64,000 bases of DNA. Source: an uncultured Nitrososphaerales archaeon. GTDB lineage: Archaea > Thermoproteota > Nitrososphaeria > Nitrososphaerales > Nitrososphaeraceae. The DNA lies in contig CAVOHZ010000008.1 of the NCBI GenBank assembly GCA_963695855.1, forward strand, positions 480,001 through 544,000, written 5' to 3'. Below the pieces are notes generated by a model. The model ran no database searches, was not told the origin of the DNA, and worked only from the letters and a program-made list of their open reading frames with translations. This document shows, one piece after another, positions 1 to 10,779 of the stretch. Position 1 is the stretch's first letter. Each line of letters starts with the position of its first letter. The translations under genes and the position numbers were made by a program.

Positions 1-1109
1 TCTTCAGTCCAATAATCTCTTCTCAAATTTTGTAACCATTCAAAATAAGATACTATTACTCCTCCAGCACTCGCAAGAGTATCTGGTATTACAAGAATTC
101 CATTCTTGAATAGTATTTCATCAGCCTCTGGGGTTGTTGGACCGTTTGCAGCTTCAGCAACTATTTTTGCCTTTATTTTTTCTGCATTATTCTTTGTTAT
201 CTGGCTTTCTAAAGCTGCAGGTATTAATATAGTACATTCTGTTTCCAATAGTTCTTCATTTGAAATTGATCTCGATCCATCAAATCCTACTACTGAACCA
301 GTTTCATTTTTATGTTTCGTCAATGCGTCTACGCTGATTCCTTCACTGTTGGCAATAGCTCCCCGAGAATCTGATGCAGCAATCACTTTTCCACCTTGAT
401 CATGTACTAATTTTGAAGAATACTGTCCCGCATTGCCAAAACCTTGGACAACTATTGTAGATTCCTTCATGTTTATACCAAGTTCTTTAGCAGCCTCTCT
501 TACGGTATAAGCAATTCCCCTTCCAGTGGCTTCAGTTCTTCCCAAAGAACCGCCGATAGGAATAGGTTTGCCTGTTATTAGTTCTGGTTGTACAAAATTA
601 CCTTTAAGTGCAGAGTACGTATCCATCATCCATGACATTTCTTTACCTCCAGTATAGACATCAGGCGCCGGAATATCTGTATAAGGACCAATTATATCAG
701 CTATCATGTATGCATATCTTCTTGTCATTCTCTCTAGTTCATTTTCTGACATTTCTTTCGGATTGCAATTTATTCCCCCTTTGCCACCACCATAAGGAAT
801 ATCAGCAATCGCACATTTCCAGGTCATCCACATTGATAAAGCCATAACTTCATCTATTGTAACATCTGGATGGTATCTCATTCCTCCCTTATATGGACCC
901 CTTGCATCGTTATGTTGAGATCTATATCCTGTAAATACTTTCATGGATCCGTCATCCATCTTTACAGGGATGGATACAGTAAGTACTCTTTTAGGATGAG
1001 CTAATACATCAAACATTCCCTTATCAAGATTAAGAATTTTCGCGGCTTCTTCCAGTTGTTTTAACGCAACTTGAAATATATTAATTTTTTCACTAACATT
1101 TGAAGACAT
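1..1109 (-). CDS. gdhA: Glu/Leu/Phe/Val-family (glutamate) dehydrogenase, 3' end runs off the window
   Basis: Hand translation from ATG at 1109: MSSNVSEKINIFQVALKQLEEAA...GYRSQHNDARGPYKGGMRYHP...GGGKGG...QGFGNAG. Absent from the ORF track because no stop lies in the window. Confidence 0.93.
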   Translation of the reverse strand, partial: MSSNVSEKINIFQVALKQLEEAAKILNLDKGMFDVLAHPKRVLTVSIPVKMDDGSMKVFTGYRSQHNDARGPYKGGMRYHPDVTIDEVMALSMWMTWKCAIADIPYGGGKGGINCNPKEMSENELERMTRRYAYMIADIIGPYTDIPAPDVYTGGKEMSWMMDTYSALKGNFVQPELITGKPIPIGGSLGRTEATGRGIAYTVREAAKELGINMKESTIVVQGFGNAGQYSSKLVHDQGGKVIAASDSRGAIANSEGISVDALTKHKNETGSVVGFDGSRSISNEELLETECTILIPAALESQITKNNAEKIKAKIVAEAANGPTTPEADEILFKNGILVIPDTLASAGGVIVSYFEWLQNLRRDYWTE

Positions 1110-1151
1110 ATTTCTGTACGTTCTATTTAAATATTGAATAATAAATATATT

Positions 1152-2182
1152 CGCTCATATCTCTAAATGTTTCATCTACTAACGACAAAGAATCTCCATG
1201 AATCTTTGATTTCTTGTCTTCGTTCTGTTATTATCAATAAACTGGAATACCTTGGAATATACCTCTAAATTGTATTTTGTTTACACCCATGAACTTGCTT
1301 ATCATATCTGGTAGAGATTACTTCTTTTGCATTCACAGTTATTTACATGGACTGGACCATTTGCATACTTTTTCTTTCTGTGAATGGCTTATTTGTGTAT
1401 GGAACCATGTTCCTCGAGCTGGTCATATGTTCTATATTTATCTGTAAATATAGTTGAACCATATTCCACTCTGCTGCAGATAATTTCAAGAAGTGACTGT
1501 AGTACAGGAACATCGAAATATGTTATCCCGTTCCTTTGATGAATACAGGTTATCATTGGATGAGATGATCTTTGTAAAATGTTCCTCTTGCCTCAAAGGT
1601 TTTAGCCCTCTTTTCCTGGGTTTTCTTCCTGCTGATTTTACTATCTCATAATTTTACTATCTCATCATGATATGATCTACCTTTCAATCCTGCCTTGATA
1701 TAGAATTCATCACCTTCAACATTACCACCGAGTTTAGTCGAGGAAGAGAAAGAAGGTGATGATGATATTTTTTCCATAACTGTTCTGATGAATCTATAGC
1801 ACTTATGATATGGTACAACTGATTCAAGTGATACATCTCTTATAGAACATTCAGGCCAGAGTACAAAGTATAGATATATTGCCAAAAACGACACCTTCAA
1901 TGGTGTATGTGTGTGAATAATGAAATACGGTACCTTTTTTTGTCATTGAACCGTCTTTCACATTGCTTGCAAAAGTACTTTTGGTACGACTTGTAGAAAC
2001 CGTCTTTCTTTATGTTATAGGACTGACAACATGGACATACTACATTATTCTTCTTCCACCTAACCTCTCGCAGTACGCTTGTACACCAACTTTCATCAGA
2101 AAGACATGTGGTTAAAGTAAACACATCTTTAATGTGTGTTATATAGCTTTAAGCTTGGCTGAAACATTTGTCAATACGAGCG
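1152..2182 (-). mobile_element. IS1595-family element, copy 1 (1031 bp, transposase frameshifted)
   Basis: Imperfect TIRs cgctcatatctctaaatgtttca / cgctcgtattgacaaatgtttca. Fragments encode a zinc ribbon (CPCC...CKQC) and the VEGDEFYI DDE motif. Same sequence as 5448-6478 in inverted orientation. Confidence 0.88.
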
Positions 2183-2239
2183 GTTATAATAATAAAATAT
2201 CATTAGAAAATATATGCTAATTGGTACCTAAATAGATAT

Positions 2240-2692
2240 CTATAGTATCCTAAAATCTTCCTTTACTATTATAAATACAATATGTGTATTTGTGCGTTCT
2301 ACATATGGCAATGATAAATCTTTTTTTACAAAATTACTGAGTTCATCTCTATTTCTAAACTTTGCGACAATTAACATGTCGGTCAAACCAGTAATATCAT
2401 AGATTGCACATACGTTTTGGTATTTCGATATGATCCTTTCTACTTCAACCACCTTATTTTTAACTGCGGTAACTTCAATTATTGCTGTTAAATCATACCC
2501 TAATTTTTCGTGATCGAGTATTGCTGAATATGATTTGATAATGCTATTTTTTTCTAACTTTTCTACTCTAGAGAGTACAGTAGGAGGAGAAACTCCAATT
2601 TGGTAAGCAATCGCACGATATGATAATCTGGCATCAGAGATCAATTTTTTAAGTATCTTTATGTCTAAATCATCAAAAGAAATAGTGGTCAT
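2240..2692 (-). CDS. Lrp/AsnC family transcriptional regulator
   Basis: LDDLDIKIL-type N-terminus (FDDLDIKIL), HTH (ARLSYRAIA...GVSPPTVLSRVEKLE) and RAM domain (YDITGLTD). Confidence 0.92.
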   Translation of the reverse strand: MTTISFDDLDIKILKKLISDARLSYRAIAYQIGVSPPTVLSRVEKLEKNSIIKSYSAILDHEKLGYDLTAIIEVTAVKNKVVEVERIISKYQNVCAIYDITGLTDMLIVAKFRNRDELSNFVKKDLSLPYVERTNTHIVFIIVKEDFRIL

Positions 2693-2907
2693 TATTATTC
2701 ATTCCTCTTTTGTGCTTTTAATACTTTACAAATATAAAGTATTTAAATACTTTTGGTTGTCATCCGTTATTAAAACATGTAAATTTACTTTTGTACTTAA
2801 AATTTTTCCCTGATTAAGTTATCTACATAAGAACTGCTTATACGAAAGAAATCTTTTACTGTATTTTATAAATAAGTCAAACAGAAAAAATTACAAAAGC
2901 TGTTAGA

Positions 2908-3261
2908 CTATGTTAAATATATATGCTTTTTATACGATTTGTCCTTGTATATATCATCTATAAATTTGGAAAATACTGATTGAATAACAAAATTCTTTTG
3001 TAATTCTACATAGTTATCAGAGATTGATTGGATTGTGTTAATATTTTGTTGTTGATATTTGTTTGCTAAATCTATACTTTTTTCAAGACTGTAATTATTT
3101 TTCTTTTGATATTCATTGATAGTATTAGTAATACTATTTGTTGTATCTACAATATTTGACATGATATTTTCTATCAGTTGTCTTTGATTGTCTATAAAAT
3201 TCACTTTACCTTCTTTTATAAAATCACTTTGATTTTTATTTTCGTCTTTCAGGTTTGTCAT
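2908..3261 (-). CDS. Hypothetical helical Gln/Asn-rich protein (possibly phasin-like, possibly truncated)
   Basis: 117-aa ORF with amphipathic helical pattern (YQQQNINTIQSISDNYVELQK). Function is inferred only. Confidence 0.5.
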   Translation of the reverse strand: MTNLKDENKNQSDFIKEGKVNFIDNQRQLIENIMSNIVDTTNSITNTINEYQKKNNYSLEKSIDLANKYQQQNINTIQSISDNYVELQKNFVIQSVFSKFIDDIYKDKSYKKHIYLT

Positions 3262-3473
3262 ATAATAAACAATTTTATCTTAGATTTCTATATCTTATAA
3301 CCTATAATAAAAAGTAAAAATTAGATAAAATTATACTAAAATATGTATAAAATAGATATTTTTTATCAAGTATCATATTATTAGCAATTTACTTGTTTCT
3401 TTTATCAAAAAAAATCGAAATCATCATTATTATCTTCGATTCATGATAAGAGAGACGTTTTTATGTCACATCC

Positions 3474-4545
3474 TATACTGACTAACTAAATATCGTAGAT
3501 ACATTTTTTAGCTAACTATCGTTTGTTACATATTACATTTGCATTCTCAATTAGATAAGGCATACAGGCGAGAATCCAATCCAGATGTAAGAGAAAGAAT
3601 ACTTCTTGTCAGACGCGTATTAGAAGATAAACAACATATCGTAAATGTAGCAAAAGAATTGCATAGATGTAGAGCATGTGCTTACAAATGGTACAAGAGA
3701 TATACTGAGGAGGGATTAAAAGGATTAAAAGACAAAACAAAAACTCGCAGACCTCCATCAGTACCAAAGGATGTAATGGTAAGGATTAGAAAAGAACTAG
3801 CAGAAAGCAATACAGGATGAGATTTTAGACAGGTAATGGATCTGATATACAGAAAGACAGGAGTAAGATATCATGAGGTACATATCTACTGTCTATTACA
3901 CAAATGGGGTTTCAAGTCAAAGGTACCACAGAAAAGATTTGTAAATAATGCTTCTACAAAGGAAAAGAAGAAATTTAAAAAAGAGTAAAACAGATTCTTG
4001 ACAATTTAAAATCAGACTGGACTGTACTTGTACAGGATGAATCCATATTTGTATACGATTATCCGATAAAAAGAAAAAAATGGATATCTGCAGGTAAAAG
4101 ACCTGTAGTAACAGTTACTGGTTCTCGTAAAAAGAATATTGTATTTGGCTCTCTATCTTTAGATAGTAAACAGTTATTCAAACAATATGATAAATTTAAC
4201 AGCAATACATTTGTTGACTACTTAAAACATGTACAGAAAAGATTTGGTAAATGATAGTATTTGTTGATAGAGCAACACCACATTGTTCAAAGATTACAAG
4301 AAGATTTCTTAATTCTAATACCGATAACATCAGACTGGAATATCTTCCTGTTGGTTCACCAGAGTTTAATGCAGTAGAAGAATGCTGGAGACAGGGTAAG
4401 TATCATATACTTTCTACCTATTATCCATTGTTTGATAATCTAAAAGATACAATTTCATATTATTACAGAACTACAAGATTCAAACTGGATATTGTAATGT
4501 ACCTAATGAGAACAATAGATTAGCGAAATTATGTTAGGCAGTATA
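3474..4545 (+). mobile_element. IS630-family element, degenerate
   Basis: TIRs tatactgactaactaaatatcg / tatactgcctaacataatttcg (18/22) with TA ends. HTH ORF A has a premature TGA (3818-3820), an A6G slippery site lies at 3977-3983, and the DDE part (VQDES, VDRATPH, SPEFNAVEECW) is further frameshifted near 4250. Confidence 0.88.
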
Positions 4546-4566
4546 ATTTGTGAATTATAAACTATA

Positions 4567-5333
4567 CTAAGATATTATACAAATTTTTGGCAATGTTATT
4601 TTATGTTTATTCTTAGATGAGAGATGTTTTACAAATAGTATATCATTTTTATCAATTCCTTTTTTTAGTAGATCCTTATTTGCATCTTCTGAAATGTTTT
4701 CAGCTAAATTTTTCAAAATAGTATCAATCTTTTCATATTCCATTCCAATTTCATCTTCTGCAGTTTGGTCTTTCCATAAAGAAGGACTGCTTTTTTTAGC
4801 AATATTTTTTTTGCAAGATTTAGATATTTAGCTAATTCTCTTACTTCGGTTTTGTAAAGGTCTGCTAATGGAAGAATATCCGCTGCACCATCTCCAAATT
4901 TAGTAAAATATCCAATCATCAATTCAGTTTTATCCGACGTACCTAAAACTAATTTATGGTCAATATTTGCATAGTAATAAATAAAATTCATGCGAATTCT
5001 GGCAGTAAGATTAGCTATGGATATTTTTTCTAGAGGCAATATATCTATATACTTTTGTTTTATTTCAGTAATGTCTATGATATGGTAGTTTATACCTACT
5101 TTTTGAGATAATTCAATAGCATCATCTATATCACTCTGCTGTGAGACTTTTTTATCTGGAAGAATTAAGCCTAATACTTTATTATTGCCCAATGCTTTAG
5201 TAGCTAAATATAAGGCAACAGAGGAGTCAATTCCACCACTTAATCCCAATACGGCTCCTTGAGAATTGGATGTTGTAACTTCATTTCGAATAAATTCAAT
5301 AATACAATTTTCAATATATAATAGGTCCAACAT
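4567..5333 (-). CDS. nadE: NH3-dependent NAD+ synthetase with a 1-nt frameshift in a poly-A run near 4791-4812
   Basis: Motifs GLSGGIDS, NLTARIRM, GYFTKFGDG, LYKTEV. Adding one A restores ...KKSSPSLWKDQTAEDEIGMEYEKID... to a TAG at 4567-4569. Confidence 0.88.
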
Positions 5334-5447
5334 TTGCCATTCTTATTAATTAAATATTACTATTAAATCGATCTTTTATTTTTTTTGGATTGATGACTAT
5401 ACAACTATAATAACATTAACAAAAGTAATCAATGAGTAAAATCTATT

Positions 5448-6478
5448 CGCTCGTATTGACAAATGTTTCAGCCAAGCTTAAAGCTATATAACACACATTA
5501 AAGATGTGTTTACTTTAACCACATGTCTTTCTGATGAAAGTTGGTGTACAAGCGTACTGCGAGAGGTTAGGTGGAAGAAGAATAATGTAGTATGTCCATG
5601 TTGTCAGTCCTATAACATAAAGAAAGACGGTTTCTACAAGTCGTACCAAAAGTACTTTTGCAAGCAATGTGAAAGACGGTTCAATGACAAAAAAAGGTAC
5701 CGTATTTCATTATTCACACACATACACCATTGAAGGTGTCGTTTTTGGCAATATATCTATACTTTGTACTCTGGCCTGAATGTTCTATAAGAGATGTATC
5801 ACTTGAATCAGTTGTACCATATCATAAGTGCTATAGATTCATCAGAACAGTTATGGAAAAAATATCATCATCACCTTCTTTCTCTTCCTCGACTAAACTC
5901 GGTGGTAATGTTGAAGGTGATGAATTCTATATCAAGGCAGGATTGAAAGGTAGATCATATCATGATGAGATAGTAAAATTATGAGATAGTAAAATCAGCA
6001 GGAAGAAAACCCAGGAAAAGAGGGCTAAAACCTTTGAGGCAAGAGGAACATTTTACAAAGATCATCTCATCCAATGATAACCTGTATTCATCAAAGGAAC
6101 GGGATAACATATTTCGATGTTCCTGTACTACAGTCACTTCTTGAAATTATCTGCAGCAGAGTGGAATATGGTTCAACTATATTTACAGATAAATATAGAA
6201 CATATGACCAGCTCGAGGAACATGGTTCCATACACAAATAAGCCATTCACAGAAAGAAAAAGTATGCAAATGGTCCAGTCCATGTAAATAACTGTGAATG
6301 CAAAAGAAGTAATCTCTACCAGATATGATAAGCAAGTTCATGGGTGTAAACAAAATACAATTTAGAGGTATATTCCAAGGTATTCCAGTTTATTGATAAT
6401 AACAGAACGAAGACAAGAAATCAAAGATTCATGGAGATTCTTTGTCGTTAGTAGATGAAACATTTAGAGATATGAGCG
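5448..6478 (+). mobile_element. IS1595-family element, copy 2 (inverted copy of 1152-2182)
   Basis: Same 1031-bp length, TIRs and ORF fragments. Same lesions, including the tandem duplication atgagatagtaaaat near 5965-5995. Confidence 0.88.
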
Positions 6479-6939
6479 ATTCTTTTTAACTAAATAATAA
6501 CGAAAACAGTAGTTGAGCAACAAATCACCATCAAATAAAGAAAATTTTCTAATCTAATTTAATATACTGAAAAAATTTACCTCTATCAAAAAAATTCTTT
6601 CCTTTCCACCCGATAATAGTAAGAATTGTTCTAATTAGTAAACTTGCTATTTTGTTATATTCATAAGTGAGCAATTGTAAATCTCTCAACCCAGAATATA
6701 CAATCCCTTTTGTATTCGGAATAGGTTCAAAGTTAACAGTCTTGCAATTAACTTGGTAGTATATAATGTAAAGTAAAAGTGATTATTTTAGATTGTTGCT
6801 TCTGAATCAAGTTGTTCATAAATAATAAAACAAAGTAATTAGTTTTAGTTTACATAAATAACTTATGAATATCTTTACAAAACTGTTAACAATATCGATT
6901 TTGCTATAATGACTATTACCAAAAAATTATAATTTAGGT

Positions 6940-7968
6940 TTATAGTTTGTCATCATTCGAGATAGAGATTGATATACTTTCATTAACAACTTTAATCAAT
7001 TTATATATCGATATAGGCTTCTTTAGAATGTTAAATTTATAATTACATTCTAGGTCATCAGAAGTGCTCATTATAATTACATTCATTTTAGGATTTATTT
7101 CTAACAGTCTAGTAGCCAAAAATAATCCATTCATTCGTGACATTCTATCGTTGGTAATTAGTAATGAGTATTTACTCAAATTTTTCTTGATGTGCTTATA
7201 TGCTAATAGTGGATCAGTAAAAGAACAAACATCATAGCCATTCATTTTTAATGTCTCACTGAATAAGTTTACTAGATAGGCATCATCGTCAACTATAGCT
7301 ATAGATTTGTTAAATTTTTGCAATTTGCTGTGAACTTTTAATTGGTTGTTTGCTTCTTTAAGTTGCTCATACAATTCTGCTTGTATCCAAAGACTTTCAA
7401 ATATAGAAGCATATGATGAAGCAATACACTTGCTATTAGAGTAGGCAGCCAATCCTGATGCATCATAAGAACTATCCTTTGTATCATCTTTTGTTTCTAT
7501 AATTAGAGATTCGTTTTTATCAACTACTACAATTCCAATCCTAGTATCCAAGCTCATCTCAATAGCCCTAATATCTATCTCAGGAAATACCAACATTACT
7601 TCATTTACTATCTGTCTAATTTGCTTCTCATCAGCATGGATTAATACTCTAACTTTTATATCATTTTCTAGTACTTCCTTAAATAGATGCATTATACCCA
7701 TACGTGTTTGACGTCGAAACGCATGAATTGAGGGAAATATTCTTAGTACTTCTTGTTCTGCTGATTTTATTAGGTCATAAGCTAGCTTTATTGATTCCCT
7801 AGGATTTTGAATAATCTCTATGTTAGATGATCTAATTCCTCCTTCCTCTCCTCCTTCTTCTATTCTTCTTTTAGTGACCAATTTATTCAGTTTGGAGTAT
7901 AATTCTTTTAGTAGCTCTCTTCTGGATAACTCCGTCATTTTTCTTTTTATTTTTATACTGAAAATCAT
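6940..7968 (-). CDS. TrmB/PLD-like sensor domain fused directly to an atypical receiver domain
   Basis: SAEQEVLRIFPS...IVVVDKNESLIIETKDD...YSNS...YASIFESLW sensor-type module, then a REC domain (IAIVDDD, LLITNDRMSRMNG, KKP). Confidence 0.75.
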   Translation of the reverse strand: MIFSIKIKRKMTELSRRELLKELYSKLNKLVTKRRIEEGGEEGGIRSSNIEIIQNPRESIKLAYDLIKSAEQEVLRIFPSIHAFRRQTRMGIMHLFKEVLENDIKVRVLIHADEKQIRQIVNEVMLVFPEIDIRAIEMSLDTRIGIVVVDKNESLIIETKDDTKDSSYDASGLAAYSNSKCIASSYASIFESLWIQAELYEQLKEANNQLKVHSKLQKFNKSIAIVDDDAYLVNLFSETLKMNGYDVCSFTDPLLAYKHIKKNLSKYSLLITNDRMSRMNGLFLATRLLEINPKMNVIIMSTSDDLECNYKFNILKKPISIYKLIKVVNESISISISNDDKL

Positions 7969-9250
7969 ATATTATTGCAGAAACATCATTTTTTTCTCTA
8001 TCTCTAAAAGCTTGTTGTTTACAATTATTATTTTTATCTGCTTGAACACATATACATGGCTTTATTGGGATACCATCATCAAGTCTCCATACTTTAAAGC
8101 CCAATGCTGATCCAAGAGAAATGTAGCTACTAATTGTAAATCCAAGAATTGAGTATATGATTTGTTTTAGATTTTCTAATATCACTGACAATAGTATTAT
8201 ATATTGATGAATATAAAGCTCTCCTTCAAAAAACTAATCAATTGAAAAGTAATAGCTTCTAAAACCTTACACATTTTAATTACTATATATAGAATAAGAA
8301 ATAGGCTTGTCAAATGTTAAGCAAGTCTTTCAGACTCCTATAATAATATAGATTGTAATAAGTGTTTGGTTAATGTCTCTATCTATACCAAAGAGAATAT
8401 TTATTATCATATCAGTTAATTCAGTAATATCATACATTAGAAAATTTGGTGCTGTTAAGTTAATTTCTCTTTCTTTAATAAAATGAATTTTATTTCTGAA
8501 TTATAGAAATATAAAATAATCTATTCCAATTGTATACATGTCATAGATCACAATTTTATTTATTGTTATTGTTAATACCTGGATAATAATCATCAAAACA
8601 TTCGGTATTTTTTAGGAAAAATACAGGCTTGAGGATGATGTTATGTTCTACCATCTCTATACATAGTACATGTTTTCCATATTTGTCAGCTAATGATCTA
8701 ATGAATTTTTCAGCAATAGGCATGTTTCTCTCCTCTGATATATAGATTCCAAGCACAGAACTATACTGGTCCTATACAAAACTATAACCAGAAATGCTAG
8801 GTACCAATTTGAATAATGGTTTCATCTATTATTAAATGCTTATACTTTTTTTCTTTTGTGAATATGACATGAACCAAATCTCTGGATCCAATTCCAAACA
8901 GAAACATAACTTCTTTTCTTATCTCTAAAGATAACGAATGTTTTAGACGTATTTCTAAAACTTAAACCAAGAAAATACAAATACAAAGAATACGTAACAG
9001 GAAAAGTAGACGTTCTATTTCTTTCAAATTTAATTTTCATATAATAGATAGGATATTCTTAGCTATAGCGTTGACTGGTAAACTTAACATCCATGAAAAT
9101 ATACCTGTATGCTGATTATCTTTTCTATCCTGTTTAGCCTCATTTTGTTATATCTTTCTATCTATCAAACATTGTCGACAATAGCCTCCGCTATATGTGG
9201 CATCGTTGTTCTCTCAAGTCATCGTATTGTTATTGTCTAACGAATTATCT

Positions 9251-10333
9251 TTATTGAGATCCAATCTTCTTCAGATTTTCCAGTTTCTGTTCATATCTAC
9301 TCCTGTTTATGTTTCTATATAATTGGTGTCTTGTTAGCATGTACCATATTATAACAAGCATCTCCTTTGCTGTTGCAACTATTGCTTTGCCGTGTCCTTT
9401 TCTTTGTTTTATTCTTTCATAGAATATTCTCATGTGATGGTCATGTCTTATTGCAGATAATGAACACTGTACTAGCATTCATCTCAGCAAAGGAGAACCT
9501 TGTTTTGTTATTCTACCTGTTTTTATTTTTCCGGATGATTCTCTTGTTGATGGTGATAATCCTGCATAACGAACAAGTTTACATGGTGTAGAGAATCTAT
9601 TGATATCCCTATTTCTGTTGATATCAGCATGGCAGAAAAAATGTCTATTCCTGTTATACTGACAAGTATCTTTATATCTTGACTGTCTTGCCAGGCATAT
9701 GTTGCTATCTCTTTTAATACTATTTCTATCTGGTTATCTATTGATTCTATTGATTCTATTGATGCTAGTGTTGTATTCAGTATTATTTTGTCTATCGGTG
9801 AAACTGAGAGTGATTTTAGCCAGTTAACTCCAGATTTTCCAAATATGTCTGTCAGTTCTGTTCTGTATTCATACTTGTCCAAAATAGCATGAATCTTGTT
9901 TGCTAATTTTGTTTATGTTCTAGACAAGACTATTCTATGTCTGACCAGACTCCTTTTTTCCCTAAATTCCTTTACAGGTACATATTACTCGCATACCAAT
10001 CAATCCAGTTCTCAGCAGATCAGATAATATACGTGCATCAAGTTTATCTGATTTTATCTTTGCTTGTGCTATTATCTTTGTCTTGTATGGATTTGCTAGT
10101 ACTGTATCTATTCCATTATCTTCTAACGTATCATGTATTCTCATCCACATGTTTCCTGTAGATTCCAGTACTGCATTACATTTTTTTGTTCTATGATTAT
10201 GTATCCTTTTAATCAATTCTAATATTCCCTGATAACCGTTACCAAAGAAGAATTCATTCAGTATCCTTCCCCTATCATCTTTTAGAGCTGCCATGCACTT
10301 TCTCTTTCCAACATCTATTCCAAGATGATTCAA
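9251..10333 (-). pseudogene. IS110 DEDD recombinase, split by frameshifts into three fragments
   Basis: GIDVGK, VLESTG and KSDKLDARILS (RuvC-like DEDD). C-terminal Tnp domain GIDIFSAMLISTEIG ... ESSGK ... KAIVATAKEML. Confidence 0.9.
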
Positions 10334-10360
10334 TTTTTTTCATTCACGATTTTTTTTATT

Positions 10361-10490
10361 TGTTGGCTAACAACAGGCGGCAAACATCCATACACTCTCT
10401 AAGAGTACTATGATAGCCACTTTAGATAAATAAGGTTCAGTCAGAGCCTCACTCTCCTCCGCAGTATGTTAAGTTTGAACCTAGCCAACA
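10361..10490 (-). ncRNA. Putative IS110 bridge RNA (target-binding and donor-binding loops)
   Basis: Outer stem UGUUGGCUA/UAGCCAACA. Loop 1 is closed by AGGUUCA/UGAACCU and carries AACUUAACA and AGGCUCUG(AC). Loop 2 is closed by GUGGC/GCCGC and carries AUGGAUG(UU). These segments match the element's target and donor junctions. True 5'/3' ends unknown. Confidence 0.8.
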
Positions 10491-10779
10491 TACAACAATG
10501 GTATAACCCAGAAGATTTTCATATCGTCAGAGCCTAGGAAAGAGTAAGAATACTTATATTAATTGGTATAAAAGTAATAATCGGCACGATAATAAATGAT
10601 TTAACATTTCTATTTGGAAGGGGACATCTAACACGTTTTTTAGTGAACCAAAATTAAAGATTTATTTTAATTCTGAAACCGATATAATTTCAAAAGAAGA
10701 TAAAAAATGTAGTTTACAGTTTGATAGTAAAACTACTGATAGTAATGGAAAATAAAATAATTAAAATCTATGTCTAGAT

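Larger units (their letters stand above)
9090..10529 (-). mobile_element. IS110-family element (1440 bp), CA core at both junctions
   Basis: CA at 9088-9089 and 10528-10529. Subterminal inverted repeats atgaaaat (9093-9100) / attttcat (10515-10522). DEDD recombinase gene plus a ~195-bp non-coding upstream end. Confidence 0.9.
8448..10534 (-). mobile_element. IS6-family element (decayed transposase about 8520-9040) whose right TIR is split by an IS110 insertion
   Basis: Fragments FERNRT...YLYFLGLSFRNTSK...VSVWNWIQRF and ISEERNMPIAEKFIRSL. Left TIR ggtgctgttaagtt (8448-8461). Right TIR aacttaaca(9081-9089)+gagcc(10530-10534) is ggctctgttaagtt on the reverse strand, 12/14 match. Confidence 0.82.

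Noticed and set aside
106-847. Plus-strand ORFs of 97 and 79 aa
   Set aside because: Antisense to gdhA. The same applies to most short ORFs nested in long genes.
7883-8191. 102-aa ORF as a separate gene or the N-terminus of the sensor-receiver protein
   Set aside because: No recognisable motif and the frame junction cannot be defined.
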